A stretch of 44,610 nt of DNA. Source: a virus. Positions 22,742-32,492 of the stretch are shown here, one piece after another. Numbering within the stretch: position 1 is the stretch's first letter; each line of letters starts with the position of its first letter. Both the position numbers and the translations under genes were made by a program. The notes below the pieces were generated by a model. The model ran no database searches, had not been told where the DNA came from, and saw only the letters and a program-made list of their open reading frames with translations. Where the stretch lies: IMG/VR virus record IMGVR_UViG_3300023218_000158, one strand, 5' to 3'.

Positions 22742-22857
22742 TTGCCCAGACTTTTTATTGGCCACCTTCCGAATTATATGAAATGGACGACTTGCGGCTT
22801 GAGTTTTGGTATGATCAAGCTGCTAAGATAAACGAAAGGTTGTCTAGTAAACTTTAA
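22433..22857 (+). CDS. Frameshifted long form of the tail assembly chaperone (gpE+E'-like)
   Basis: The -1 frame extension encodes ...IAQTFYWPPSELYEMDDLRLEFWYDQAAKINERL, matching the P2 GpE-family motif (F.WPPSE...M....L..W). Predicted length ~141 aa. Confidence 0.65.
22696..22702 (+). other. -1 programmed ribosomal frameshift slippery heptamer T TTT TTA
   Basis: In frame as GAT TTT TTA GAC. The -1 frame is open from 22702 to the TAA at 22855-22857. Confidence 0.7.
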
Positions 22858-22869
22858 AAGGCGGGGCTA

Positions 22870-24645
22870 GTGGCTAAAACAAGAGAATTAAGACTAAGAC
22901 TAAGAGCGCTTGATAGAATTTCAAAAACTCTAAACAGAGTTAAGAAGCGCACGTCTGCTCTCGGCAGAACAGTCAAGAAAGCCAGCCGCGCTTTCGCAAT
23001 ATTCAACGTTAAAACTAAAAAACTAAGAACTAGCTTAAATCGAGTTGGCGGTAAAATGAGATCTGTCGGAAAAGGCATGACTGCGGGCATAACTGCGCCG
23101 GTAGCGCTTGCCGGGGCGGGATTTGTGCGCATGGCCGTTAGGTTTCAAAAATCAATGAACAGAGTCGGCGCATTAACTAGGACAATTGTCAAAGGCAAAG
23201 TCGACCCTGCATTCAACAAATTAACTGAAACCGCCAGAAAGCTTGGAGAGTCGACTGCTTTTAGTGCTTCTGAAGCTTCTGAAGCGATGGGATTTTTAGC
23301 TCAGGCGGGTTTTCAAACCGATGAAATTTTGACTTCTATCAAGCCGACTTTGGATTTAGCTGCAGCGGCGAATCTTGGACTCGCGGAAACTGCAGACATT
23401 GCTTCTAATATTATGGGTGGTTTTCAAATTGAAGCTAAAGAAATGACAAGAGCGGCTGATGTTTTGGCGATTACAACTGCGACTTCAAACACAAATTTAG
23501 AGCAACTCGGAGAGGCAATGTCTACTGCGGCCCCGATTGCAAATAAGTTTGGGGCGGAGCTTGAAACGACTGCCGCGCTTGCCGGATTGTTAGGGAATGT
23601 AGGTATTCAAGGTTCAAAAGCAGGGACAACTTTAAAAGCTATTTTTACAAAACTCGCAGCGCCCACGGCAACGGCGACAAAAATGATGAAAGCTCTCGGA
23701 GTCTCGGTTTCTGATTCTAGTGGTAACATGAGGGACATAAATGACATTTTAAAAGATTTAGCGCCCGCGCTAGGCAACCTTCCACAAAAAGCGCAACTGA
23801 AAGTTATAAATGAACTTTTTGGCTTAAGAGGTATTGCGGGGGCAAGCGAATTATTGACAAAAGCAATGGCCGAAGGGAAAAACCCAATTGAGGTTTTTAC
23901 GGAAACTTTGCAAAACTCAAAAGGGGCGGCTGCGGACATGGCAGACACTATGCTAAGAGGCGCGCCGGGGGCGTTTGCGAGATTTCGCTCTGCATTTGAA
24001 TCTATGGCGATTTCGATTGTAGAAAGCGGCTTTTTAGATTTCATAACTAAAATTGTAAAAAAACTTACAAGTCTTTTCGCGACTATTTCTAAAACCAACC
24101 CTGCGCTTTTGAAGTGGGGTACTATCTTAGTCGGCATAGCGGCGATTTTAGGACCTATTATTTTTTCAATTGGCCTTTTTATAAGCGGACTTTCAAAACT
24201 GATTGTTGTTTGGTCGGCTCTTAAAGTCATTGGGGCAGTTTTACTTCCCGTTATCGGAGCTATTTCTTTGAAATTTGTTTTAATTGCGGCGGTCGTGGGC
24301 GGAGTTATTTTTGCAGTAGTTCGTTTAATTCAAAAATGGGATGAGATGGTTTCTGCTTTTAAGAAAGGCAAGGGTATTTTTGACGGCTTAAAACGTGCCG
24401 GAAAAATATTTTTAGGGATTGAAACGGAGGAGCCCGAGGAAAAACAAAGAAAACGCGGAAAGCTCGGGGGTGCTTTAGGGGCAGACAGTGTTTTAAAACA
24501 AACTCGTGAAGCAAGACCCCAGGAACAAAGAGTCGGCGGAGTTCTAGACATTAATTTTAGAGGAGCGCCGGAAGGCACTTCCGCAAGAGCGCAACAGGAT
24601 GGGCCGTTAGTGCTCAATCCCGGCTTTGCAGGAGGGGTCCAGTAA
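22870..24645 (+). CDS. Tail tape measure protein
   Basis: 591 aa with a GTG start. Helical Ala/Gly-rich sequence with hydrophobic C-terminal segments. Lies after the chaperone pair. Confidence 0.88.
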   Translation: MAKTRELRLRLRALDRISKTLNRVKKRTSALGRTVKKASRAFAIFNVKTKKLRTSLNRVGGKMRSVGKGMTAGITAPVALAGAGFVRMAVRFQKSMNRVGALTRTIVKGKVDPAFNKLTETARKLGESTAFSASEASEAMGFLAQAGFQTDEILTSIKPTLDLAAAANLGLAETADIASNIMGGFQIEAKEMTRAADVLAITTATSNTNLEQLGEAMSTAAPIANKFGAELETTAALAGLLGNVGIQGSKAGTTLKAIFTKLAAPTATATKMMKALGVSVSDSSGNMRDINDILKDLAPALGNLPQKAQLKVINELFGLRGIAGASELLTKAMAEGKNPIEVFTETLQNSKGAAADMADTMLRGAPGAFARFRSAFESMAISIVESGFLDFITKIVKKLTSLFATISKTNPALLKWGTILVGIAAILGPIIFSIGLFISGLSKLIVVWSALKVIGAVLLPVIGAISLKFVLIAAVVGGVIFAVVRLIQKWDEMVSAFKKGKGIFDGLKRAGKIFLGIETEEPEEKQRKRGKLGGALGADSVLKQTREARPQEQRVGGVLDINFRGAPEGTSARAQQDGPLVLNPGFAGGVQ

Positions 24646-25838
24646 TGGCGAGAAGTCCCTGGCTTGAGAAATTCAGACAAGGCTCTTTTAAAGGGGTCGA
24701 ATTTAAAACAGAGAGACACACGCTCTCTGGGGGTCGAAATAAAGAAGACCACGAGTTTCCGCAAAGAGCTACTGGCCGCTCTGAGGATGTTGGTCGAAAG
24801 CTCCAAGGTTTTTCTTTAGAACTTTTGGTAATTGGCGATGATTATTTTTCTCAAAGAGACGCTTTAATTGACGCTTTAGAGTCTGAAGGCCCTGGGATTT
24901 TGGTGCATCCCTATTTAGGTCGTAAAAATGTGCAAGCTGGCCGTTTCACTCTTGTTGAAACAGTTGACGAGGGCAGGCTTGCGAGATTCACAGTTGAATT
25001 TTCGGAAGCTGGTGAGCTTGTTTTCCCTGAAGCTGTTGAAGACGTGGCCGAGACCGTAGCGCAGGATGCGGACGCGCACATTGAAAACTCAAAGAATTTT
25101 TTTGAAAATGTCTTTAGCATAGCTAATCGGCCAGCTTTTGTGGTCAATGCGGCGGTTGCCGATATCGATTCAACTATTGATTTTCTGGACAACTCGGTTA
25201 AAAAAGTAACGGAGCCCGCCGCCAATTTAACTTTTGCTTTAAGAAATTTTAAAGCCGAAAGCGCGGCCCTTGTTAGTGCGCCGGGCGAACTTGCCGAAAG
25301 GATTGGGGAGACTTTTCAAACACTTTTTGACGAGTTTGAGGACGACCCGGAAAATGCAGTTGCCGCTCTGGGTCTTTTTTCAGGAGTGGGCGGAGAGCTT
25401 GAGGGTGTTGTAGGAGACACGCCTTCTAGAAATAAGCAAAGAGAGAATCAAACAGCCATTAAAAACATAATGAGGGACATTGCTTTGGCCACTCAAGCTA
25501 AAAGCGCGGTTAACTCAACTTTCAATTCTACTCAAGAAGCCACTCAAATTAGGGAGCAAATTGTCGAGGATTTAAACGAGCAAATCGAGATTGCCGAAGA
25601 CGATAGCGTTTTTCAATCCAACAAAGATTTGCAAACTTCTCTCACAGACGCACTGCCCCCGCCGGACGTTTCTGAATTGATAAGCTTTATTCCGGCTAAA
25701 ACTCTCCCCGCGCTTGTCGTATCTTATAGACTTTTTGGCGATATTGACAAAGAAACGGAACTGATACAACAAAACGAAATTGAGCATCCCGGTTTTGCTA
25801 TTGGCGGCGAAGAGTTAGAGGTAAGCGCAAGTGGCTAG
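24645..25838 (+). CDS. DNA circulation protein-like baseplate/tail protein (Mu gp43-like)
   Basis: N-terminus PWLEKFRQGSFKGVEFKTERHTLSGGRNKEDHEFPQR...GILVHPYLG matches the DNA_circ_N pattern. Confidence 0.8.
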   Translation: MARSPWLEKFRQGSFKGVEFKTERHTLSGGRNKEDHEFPQRATGRSEDVGRKLQGFSLELLVIGDDYFSQRDALIDALESEGPGILVHPYLGRKNVQAGRFTLVETVDEGRLARFTVEFSEAGELVFPEAVEDVAETVAQDADAHIENSKNFFENVFSIANRPAFVVNAAVADIDSTIDFLDNSVKKVTEPAANLTFALRNFKAESAALVSAPGELAERIGETFQTLFDEFEDDPENAVAALGLFSGVGGELEGVVGDTPSRNKQRENQTAIKNIMRDIALATQAKSAVNSTFNSTQEATQIREQIVEDLNEQIEIAEDDSVFQSNKDLQTSLTDALPPPDVSELISFIPAKTLPALVVSYRLFGDIDKETELIQQNEIEHPGFAIGGEELEVSASG

Positions 25839-26946
25839 CGAATTTATTTCAGACAACACAACTCAAGCTAAAAAACGCGGCAAGACTATAGACGATTCTG
25901 TAAATGTCGTCATAAACGGGAAATCTTTTAGCGGTTGGAAAACTGTTTCAATAACAAAATCAATTGAGTCAGTGGCTAACTCTTTTTCTTTGTCTTTGCA
26001 CGATAAGTTCGAGGGACTTAGGCAAAGCTGGCCTATTCGCTCAGACATTCCTTTGAATATTTCTATCGGCAAAGAGCGGGTTTTAACGGGGGTTATTGAA
26101 CAGACAGAGCCCTCTTTTTCAGTAGGGAGTCGGAGCTTTTCTGTAGCAGGAAGGTCTAACGCCGGCGACCTTGTGGACTGTTCACACACTGGAGAGAGCG
26201 AGTTTAATAATGTTTTTTTAGATAAATTAGCTGAAGAGCTAGTCGGCCCTTTTGGGATTAAAGTTTTTTTGTCAGTTGAGCCTAAAAAAATTGATAAATT
26301 CGCTGTAAAACCGGGCGAGAAAGTTTTCGAAGCTTTGGACCGGGCGGCAAGACTCCAAGGTTTCTTTTGGGTTTCAACTCGCGGCGGAAATATCAGACTT
26401 ACAAGGGCGGCCAGGGCGAGAGCTTTTAGCTCATTGCAAGAGGGTGTGAATTTAATTGGAGGCAATGGGACGTTTAATTCTGCGAAAAGACATAGTGAAT
26501 ACGTCGTAAGAGGCCAAGCTAGTGGTGTTTCTGGTATAACTGGGATTAGTGGCGCTCAAGTTGAAGGCACGGCTAAAGATAGCGGAGTTTCACGACATAG
26601 GCCCCTTATAGTGTTAGCGGAAGGCGCAGTTGACACTGATAAAGCTAAAACTCGGGCGCAATGGGAAGCTTCAAATAGACTTGCTATGGCTTCAAGAATG
26701 AGTGTTTCTGTCCAAGGCTGGCGTCAAGAAAACGGCGAGCTTTGGGGTGTTAATCAATTAACTAGATTAAAGTCGCGAACTTTGGGAGTAGACCAAGACG
26801 TTTTAATTGTTGGTCTAACACATAAAAAAGCTATTAGCGGCGGGACTTCTACAGATTTGACACTTGTGGATTCGCGCTCTTACGACCCTAAACCCAATTT
26901 TAAAAAAGAAGACGACCTGCTTTCTCAATTGGGGGTTAATATATGA
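25831..26946 (+). CDS. Baseplate hub protein (Mu gp44 / P2 gpD-like)
   Basis: 371 aa with a GTG start. Order and size match the Mu baseplate module. Confidence 0.75.
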   Translation: MASEFISDNTTQAKKRGKTIDDSVNVVINGKSFSGWKTVSITKSIESVANSFSLSLHDKFEGLRQSWPIRSDIPLNISIGKERVLTGVIEQTEPSFSVGSRSFSVAGRSNAGDLVDCSHTGESEFNNVFLDKLAEELVGPFGIKVFLSVEPKKIDKFAVKPGEKVFEALDRAARLQGFFWVSTRGGNIRLTRAARARAFSSLQEGVNLIGGNGTFNSAKRHSEYVVRGQASGVSGITGISGAQVEGTAKDSGVSRHRPLIVLAEGAVDTDKAKTRAQWEASNRLAMASRMSVSVQGWRQENGELWGVNQLTRLKSRTLGVDQDVLIVGLTHKKAISGGTSTDLTLVDSRSYDPKPNFKKEDDLLSQLGVNI

Positions 26947-27626
26947 CTCCGGTTGAAATAATAAGAGACTTAGTAAAAGACATGGTAACGCCTTTTAAGC
27001 ATCGAATTTATAACATGATTTCCCGTGCGGTAGTTGAAAGCACAAACGATGCGGAAGGATTGCAGCTTTTAAAATTAGCGATTCTAGCAAAAGAAAATAG
27101 GTCGGGAGTTGAGAGGTTTCAAGATTACGGTTTTAGTTCAAACCCTAAAAACGGGGCGGAAGCTTTAGTTGTTTGCCCTCAAGGTAACCGAGAGCATGTA
27201 ATTGCGGTGAAAGTTGACGACAGGAGGTTTAGGTTAAAGTCTTTAGCTGAAGGTGAGGTCGCTCTTTATACAGACGAAGGCGACAAAATTCACTTTAAAA
27301 GAGGCGGCTTGATTGAAGTCTTAGCGGCTTCGAAAGTGAATATTCAGTCGCCTTTAGTTCAAATGAGCGGCAATTTAATAGTCGATGGCAATTTGAGTGT
27401 CGGCGGAGATTCTGATATTTCGGGCAATGAAACTGTTGGGGGCAACTCAACTGTGTCCGGCGACGTAAGTGCGGCCAATGTGAGCGCTGCTAGTCAGGTT
27501 TCTGGCTCTGTTGTTGGGACTCCGGGAACAGACTTAGACACTTTAAAAGACACTTATAACACTCACACGCACCAAGAAAACGGAGACGGGGGCGGAACTA
27601 CAGACCCGCCTGACCAAACAATTTAG
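26943..27626 (+). CDS. Baseplate spike (Mu gp45 / P2 gpV-like)
   Basis: 227 aa. OB-fold region (VERFQDYGFSSNP), a beta-helical G-x-x repeat tail and an apex motif YNTHTHQ (HxH metal site). Confidence 0.85.
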   Translation: MTPVEIIRDLVKDMVTPFKHRIYNMISRAVVESTNDAEGLQLLKLAILAKENRSGVERFQDYGFSSNPKNGAEALVVCPQGNREHVIAVKVDDRRFRLKSLAEGEVALYTDEGDKIHFKRGGLIEVLAASKVNIQSPLVQMSGNLIVDGNLSVGGDSDISGNETVGGNSTVSGDVSAANVSAASQVSGSVVGTPGTDLDTLKDTYNTHTHQENGDGGGTTDPPDQTI

Positions 27627-27635
27627 GGGGTTTTT

Positions 27636-28106
27636 ATGAAACAAGATGTTGGCTTTTTTGATGTTGGCACAAACTGCCCGGACATTGTTATTGAAAATGG
27701 AGATTTAAAACCGGATAACACTTTAGAAACTGCAGCTTTAATTTCTGTTTTTTCAGATAGAAGAGTCGAGACTCAAGATTTGCCTCAAGGTATAAATGAC
27801 CCGAAGGGGTGGTGGGCTGACGCGGTTTCGGACCCAGAAAATGATTTAATTGGGTCAAGATTGTGGACTTTGATAAGACAAGGTAAAGTGTTAGAAGAAA
27901 CCGTCTCAGAACTTGAAAACCTATTAATTGAGGCTTTTCAGTGGACGATTAGAGACGGCATTGCGTCAAGTGTGGAGGTTAGCGCGCAAAGAGTTGACTC
28001 GAATGAAATAAGAGGGAGTGTTAATATTATAAAACCGACTGGCGAGGACATCCCTTTTAGTTTTGTTTGGGAAGGTCAAAGGCTTAAATTGATAGGGCAG
28101 GGGTAA
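27636..28106 (+). CDS. Baseplate protein, Mu gp46 (GP46 family, gpW-like)
   Basis: DIVIENGDLKPDNTLETAALISVFSDRR...KGWWAD...GSRLWTL closely fits the GP46 family pattern. Confidence 0.85.
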   Translation: MKQDVGFFDVGTNCPDIVIENGDLKPDNTLETAALISVFSDRRVETQDLPQGINDPKGWWADAVSDPENDLIGSRLWTLIRQGKVLEETVSELENLLIEAFQWTIRDGIASSVEVSAQRVDSNEIRGSVNIIKPTGEDIPFSFVWEGQRLKLIGQG

Positions 28107-28109
28107 GAC

Positions 28110-29216
28110 ATGGCATTTCAGAGACCTAGTTTATCGACAATCATAGAAAGGATTAAGTCAGATTATAAATCAGGCTTAAGCCTAAGCAGTATTCTTGCAA
28201 GGTCCTTTTTAGATATTATGGCCAAAGCCCAGGGCGGGGCCAGCCACACATTGCATGGCCACATTCAGTTTGGAATTGATAAAAAGTTTTTCTTAATTGA
28301 CGGAGACGAAGAAACTGTAATCCGTTGGGGCACGCTTTTTAGGGTGCCGAGAAACGAGGCCACTTTTGCAGAGCTTGTTATTAATGTAACGGGCACAAGC
28401 GGCGGGACTTTACCAAAAGATCAAGAATTTGTGCGCTCTGACGGTTTTATTTACCGGGTGAAAGCTGAAGTTACCGTGCCAGCTTCTAGCACTGTGCAAG
28501 CGACCGTTGTGGCTGAAGAGGCAGGCTCTCAAGGTAACATGGACGTTGGCGACACGCTAACTCTTGTCAGTGCTATTTCAGGCATTGAATCGGAAGCCCC
28601 AGTGGACTCGATTGCGGTTGAAGCTGACGACGAGGAGTCAATTGAGAATTACAGAGATAGGATTTTAGAAAGGCTCCAAGACCCTCCAGCGGGCGGGAAA
28701 GTATCGGACTACATAGCTTTTGCAAAGACAGTGACCGGCGTGACAAGAGTTTGGGTTTTGCCGGCCCATTTAGGAGAGGGCACTGTTGGTGTGACTTTTG
28801 TCGAGGACAATGAAGACCCCATTATTCCGAGTGCTGCTAAAGTGGACGAAGTGCAAGACGTCATGGACGAAGAGGCTCCTGTGCCTGCGGACGTGACGGT
28901 TTTTGCGCCTACTGAAGAGACAATGGACCCTACAATTTCTATAAAACCTAATACTTCTGAAGTTAGAGCGGCGGTTATTTCTGAGCTTGAAGACATGTTA
29001 AACCGAATAGCTGAAGTCAGAGGGGCAATTGACCCCGAGCAAGTAGGCAATGCCGTTCAATTTGACGGGAAAATTCCGCTTTCAAAAATAAATGAGGCAA
29101 TTTCAATTGCTGCCGGCGAAGAAGACCACGTTTTAACTTCGCCCACAAGCGACGTTCAACCTCAAGTTGGAGGGCTCGTCACTTTAGGAACCGTAACTTT
29201 TAACACACTGCCCTAG
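28110..29216 (+). CDS. Baseplate J-like wedge protein (Mu gp47)
   Basis: 368 aa. Position and pattern (SFLDIMAKAQGGASHTLHGHIQ...) are typical of Baseplate_J. Confidence 0.8.
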   Translation: MAFQRPSLSTIIERIKSDYKSGLSLSSILARSFLDIMAKAQGGASHTLHGHIQFGIDKKFFLIDGDEETVIRWGTLFRVPRNEATFAELVINVTGTSGGTLPKDQEFVRSDGFIYRVKAEVTVPASSTVQATVVAEEAGSQGNMDVGDTLTLVSAISGIESEAPVDSIAVEADDEESIENYRDRILERLQDPPAGGKVSDYIAFAKTVTGVTRVWVLPAHLGEGTVGVTFVEDNEDPIIPSAAKVDEVQDVMDEEAPVPADVTVFAPTEETMDPTISIKPNTSEVRAAVISELEDMLNRIAEVRGAIDPEQVGNAVQFDGKIPLSKINEAISIAAGEEDHVLTSPTSDVQPQVGGLVTLGTVTFNTLP

Positions 29217-29226
29217 AGAGGATTAA

Positions 29227-29877
29227 TTGGCTAGCTCAAGTAAACTTCAAAGATATAAAGATTTGCTTGTAAATTTGCTTCCCGAGGGCAGACTTTGGCA
29301 AATTCAAGAACAGCCCACATTTTCTAAACTTTTAGATTCTGTAGCCCAGGAATTTTGCCGTGTGGACGACCGCGTCAAACAAATGTTACTTGAAGCGGAC
29401 CCCCGCACCGCAAGTGAAACCTTGGACGTTTGGGAGCAAGTTTTAGGGCTTCCCGATGAGTGTACGCCAGAGGGCCAAACCTTAGACGAGAGAAGAAATC
29501 AAATAATTCAAAAGCTGACAAATGTTGGCGGACTTAGTAAAAGTTTTTATGAGTTTGTTGGAGAGCAACTTTTAGACCAAGAAATCACAGTCGATCATAG
29601 ACTTAATTTTTTGGCAGGCCGGGCGCGTGCGGGAGATAGGTTAAATAATTATTTTAATCGTCATTTTGTAGCCGGCTCGACGGCGGGGACACTGCTTGAA
29701 GACATTGGTTGGAGATTTTATTTTAATGTAGAAATGCCGATTGCCGCAGCGGAGCATTTTGTTGCGGGAAGTTTAGCAGGGGACCCACTTAGAGAGTTTT
29801 CAAATGAACTTGTCGAGTGTACTATTAAGAAATTGAAACCTGCACATGCCGGTGTTACTTTTACCTTTAAGGAGTAG
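29227..29877 (+). CDS. Baseplate/tail protein, Mu gp48 / DUF2313 (P2 gpI-like)
   Basis: TTG start. LLPEGRLWQ...LLDSVAQEF.RVDDRVKQMLLEADPRTA.ETLDVWE..LGLPDEC is the DUF2313 signature. Confidence 0.8.
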   Translation: MASSSKLQRYKDLLVNLLPEGRLWQIQEQPTFSKLLDSVAQEFCRVDDRVKQMLLEADPRTASETLDVWEQVLGLPDECTPEGQTLDERRNQIIQKLTNVGGLSKSFYEFVGEQLLDQEITVDHRLNFLAGRARAGDRLNNYFNRHFVAGSTAGTLLEDIGWRFYFNVEMPIAAAEHFVAGSLAGDPLREFSNELVECTIKKLKPAHAGVTFTFKE

Positions 29878-29881
29878 TAAA

Positions 29882-30436
29882 ATGCACAGAATCGACGCGC
29901 CAGGGGCGACAGGAAGCAACTTATTTACGGAAGGGAATCCAGCTTTAGGAATTCCCGCAACAGAAGTTAGTGACGACTGGCTGAATGACGTTCAAGAAGA
30001 AATTGTGACTGTCATTGAAGACCAAGGCATTAGTCTTGTTAAAGGTCAGCAAGATCAACTTTTAACTGCAATTCTGGGGCTTATAGGCCAGGGCGGTAAA
30101 AATATCAAGCTTGACCCTCTGCAAAATAACACAGCGAATCAAACTGTCACAGATTTAGTTTTTGATAAGTCAGTGACGAAAGCCGCATTTATTCTTGTAG
30201 ACGTTCACAGACAGACTGACACTGAAAACGAACAAGAAATGCTTTTGTGGTCGGCAGTGTATGACCCGGCGGACGACGTATGGCGCATTACAACCATGAT
30301 GAGTTCGCACGACAATTCTGGGACTACTCCGACGATTACAAGTGCAGGACAAGTCGAGGCTAACACTGACGACTTGGCGGGCGCTAATTACGACGGCCAA
30401 TTAAGAGTTGCAGGCGTTATTGAGTTTAAATTATAG
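29882..30436 (+). CDS. Tail fibre protein (conserved N-terminal baseplate-attachment motif)
   Basis: MHRIDAPGATGSNLFTEGNPALGIPATEVSDDWLNDVQEEIVTVIE is the widespread phage tail-fibre N-terminal motif. The ATG at 29882 is preferred over the track start. Confidence 0.7.
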   Translation: MHRIDAPGATGSNLFTEGNPALGIPATEVSDDWLNDVQEEIVTVIEDQGISLVKGQQDQLLTAILGLIGQGGKNIKLDPLQNNTANQTVTDLVFDKSVTKAAFILVDVHRQTDTENEQEMLLWSAVYDPADDVWRITTMMSSHDNSGTTPTITSAGQVEANTDDLAGANYDGQLRVAGVIEFKL

Positions 30437-30448
30437 GAGATAAAACAC

Positions 30449-32482
30449 ATGGGAAAGCTTAAATATATTTTAGGATTTTTAGCAATTGCGCTTTTTACAA
30501 TGGGCGCACGCATTGGAGACAACACGGTTTTAATCGGCGACCCGAGCGGCTCGGACGTTGAGCTTAAAATGGGCGCAGGTCGGTTAAAATGGGACAATAC
30601 TACTTCGACAATGAAATTTTCTAATAATTCAGGAAGCTTTTTTGAAGACATTGGCTCTGGCGGCGCAGGCGGCGCAGGCGGCGTCAATATCATTGAAGAC
30701 AGTAATTTTGATTTTGAACAAGGCGACCCTCCTCAAGACTGGACGGCCAGCGGAGGTGTTTTTTCTGCGGAAACGTCCGCCCCGCTTTTTGGAGACCAAT
30801 CGGGGTCATGGGATGCGTCGTCACTTGCGCAGACACTTGATTCAGTTTTGGCTCAAATTACAACAGGGTTTTTAGGAAGGCGCTGCCAAGCGGAGATTCA
30901 ATACCAGTATTCGGCAGGGAGCGCTGGAGACTACAAACTTATTGCGCGTCAATTCGACGACTCTGCAGCGAGTGAAATTGATGTCGCCACTGTCGACCTT
31001 GAGGTTACGGGCTCGAATTCTCGAAAAGCTCAATTGTTTTTTGATTGCCCCGACGACGTTGCGGACGACTTGAGAATTCGCATCGAAGCTGGAGTTGCCG
31101 ACCCAGGAGCGATTGTCATTGACAACGCTTTCATAGGCACTGGCAGGAATGATTTTCAACTTTCTCAAGCCGTCCACGTCGGAACTTGGTTTATGGACGG
31201 CAATACAAATTGCGAATTTATTGAGGCAGGCGGGACTTTTGTTAATTATGCCGCCGATGCGGACTGTTCGTCCCCGGTTGTCACTGGCGAAGTTGATGTT
31301 CAAAGTAGCCCAAAGGTTCCGGGATTTAAAATTTCTAATGCGGAGCCTGGCGTTTACTACGTGGTTGCTAGTGGTGTTTTTTTAAACAACGGCTCGGACC
31401 CCTCGGTAGCTTCATTTAGATTGAGTGACGGGACAAATGTTTCCGCTGTATTACACGCCCACAGTTCGGGACTTGACTTCAACCACAACTTAACTGGTTC
31501 TTTTAATCATTCCGGGGGCGACTTAGTTATTGACGTTCAAGGTCGTGATTTTGGTGATGGCGGAGCAATTGCTCAAATAAGTGTTACAAACGACGACCGC
31601 GAGCTTGGTTTTGAAGTTTACAGGTTTCCTTCGGCTTCAAAAGAGGCGATCACTCTTGAAACTACAGGTGCGCATCTGGACGCGTTACATGCAAATGATT
31701 GCACATTTGCCGTTTCGTCGTCTTCTTATAGTGACCCCGGCTCAGATTCATCTTGTACTTTTTCTGTCGACAGGAATGTGGGGTTTAAAAACGTCCAAAC
31801 AGACACGTCCGGCGGCGACGCGGTCCCATCTATCTTATTTGACCCGCCTTATGCCGGTGTTTTTTATGTTTGTGCGAGTTTAGTAATGAACACCACGGAT
31901 CACAGTGTAGCCGCAAGACTTATCCACAATGGGCAGGTCATAGCTGAAGACTCGGACAGGGAGAGAACCACTTCCGCCGAATCTTTGAGAATGTGTGGTT
32001 TTTTCGATGTTTCAAGCGTTACCCAACAAGAAATATCTTTGGAAGCCAAGCAAAACTCAACCACAATTTTCATATCACCACTTTCTAAAGAGAAATACAC
32101 GGTTCATTGGACAATGTTCCCAATAGGCCAAGGATTACCCGCACCGCTTTTGACCGAAATTCAATCTCATGTCCAAAGCACAGTTGACGGGACAAGACTT
32201 GAGTCTTGCATTATAGACAACCCCGGCACTCCCGTTACAAATTCAAATCTTTGTGATAATTGGGTTGACAGTTTAACGGATAGCGCGGTCGGCACCACAG
32301 TTGTCAACTTCACTTCGGGAACTTTTTCTTCAATCCCTGGGTGTACTTGTAGTTCTTTTGAAAATGAGCTTCTTTGTACGTTCACCGGCGTTTCTCAGAC
32401 AAGTGCAACAGTAATTATGAATGATTCTGGCGGCAATAACACTGATGCCGATTTCACAATCCAATGTCACGGCAAAAAATAA
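30449..32482 (+). CDS. Large fibre/receptor-binding protein candidate with a CBM-like beta-sandwich
   Basis: 677 aa. Hydrophobic N-terminus (ILGFLAIALFTMGA), a Gly-Ala hinge and a segment NIIEDSNFDFEQGDPPQDWTASGG...VIDNAFIG resembling carbohydrate-binding modules. Follows the fibre gene. Confidence 0.55.
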   Translation: MGKLKYILGFLAIALFTMGARIGDNTVLIGDPSGSDVELKMGAGRLKWDNTTSTMKFSNNSGSFFEDIGSGGAGGAGGVNIIEDSNFDFEQGDPPQDWTASGGVFSAETSAPLFGDQSGSWDASSLAQTLDSVLAQITTGFLGRRCQAEIQYQYSAGSAGDYKLIARQFDDSAASEIDVATVDLEVTGSNSRKAQLFFDCPDDVADDLRIRIEAGVADPGAIVIDNAFIGTGRNDFQLSQAVHVGTWFMDGNTNCEFIEAGGTFVNYAADADCSSPVVTGEVDVQSSPKVPGFKISNAEPGVYYVVASGVFLNNGSDPSVASFRLSDGTNVSAVLHAHSSGLDFNHNLTGSFNHSGGDLVIDVQGRDFGDGGAIAQISVTNDDRELGFEVYRFPSASKEAITLETTGAHLDALHANDCTFAVSSSSYSDPGSDSSCTFSVDRNVGFKNVQTDTSGGDAVPSILFDPPYAGVFYVCASLVMNTTDHSVAARLIHNGQVIAEDSDRERTTSAESLRMCGFFDVSSVTQQEISLEAKQNSTTIFISPLSKEKYTVHWTMFPIGQGLPAPLLTEIQSHVQSTVDGTRLESCIIDNPGTPVTNSNLCDNWVDSLTDSAVGTTVVNFTSGTFSSIPGCTCSSFENELLCTFTGVSQTSATVIMNDSGGNNTDADFTIQCHGKK

Positions 32483-32492
32483 GGAGTTTTAA

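Noticed and set aside
22854-26465. Long antisense ORFs inside structural genes (for example 23607..24230, 24330..24806, 25863..26465; also 16921..17319, 18652..18996 and 30872..31303)
   Set aside because: They are typical shadow ORFs opposite GC-skewed coding regions. Their products are Ser/Pro/Ala-rich, they have no SD, and they are embedded in genes with clear family signatures on the plus strand.
30642-32482. Possible diversity-generating retroelement or template/variable repeat targeting the fibre genes
   Set aside because: There is no reverse transcriptase ORF anywhere in the genome, and I could find no second near-identical copy of any fibre C-terminal segment.
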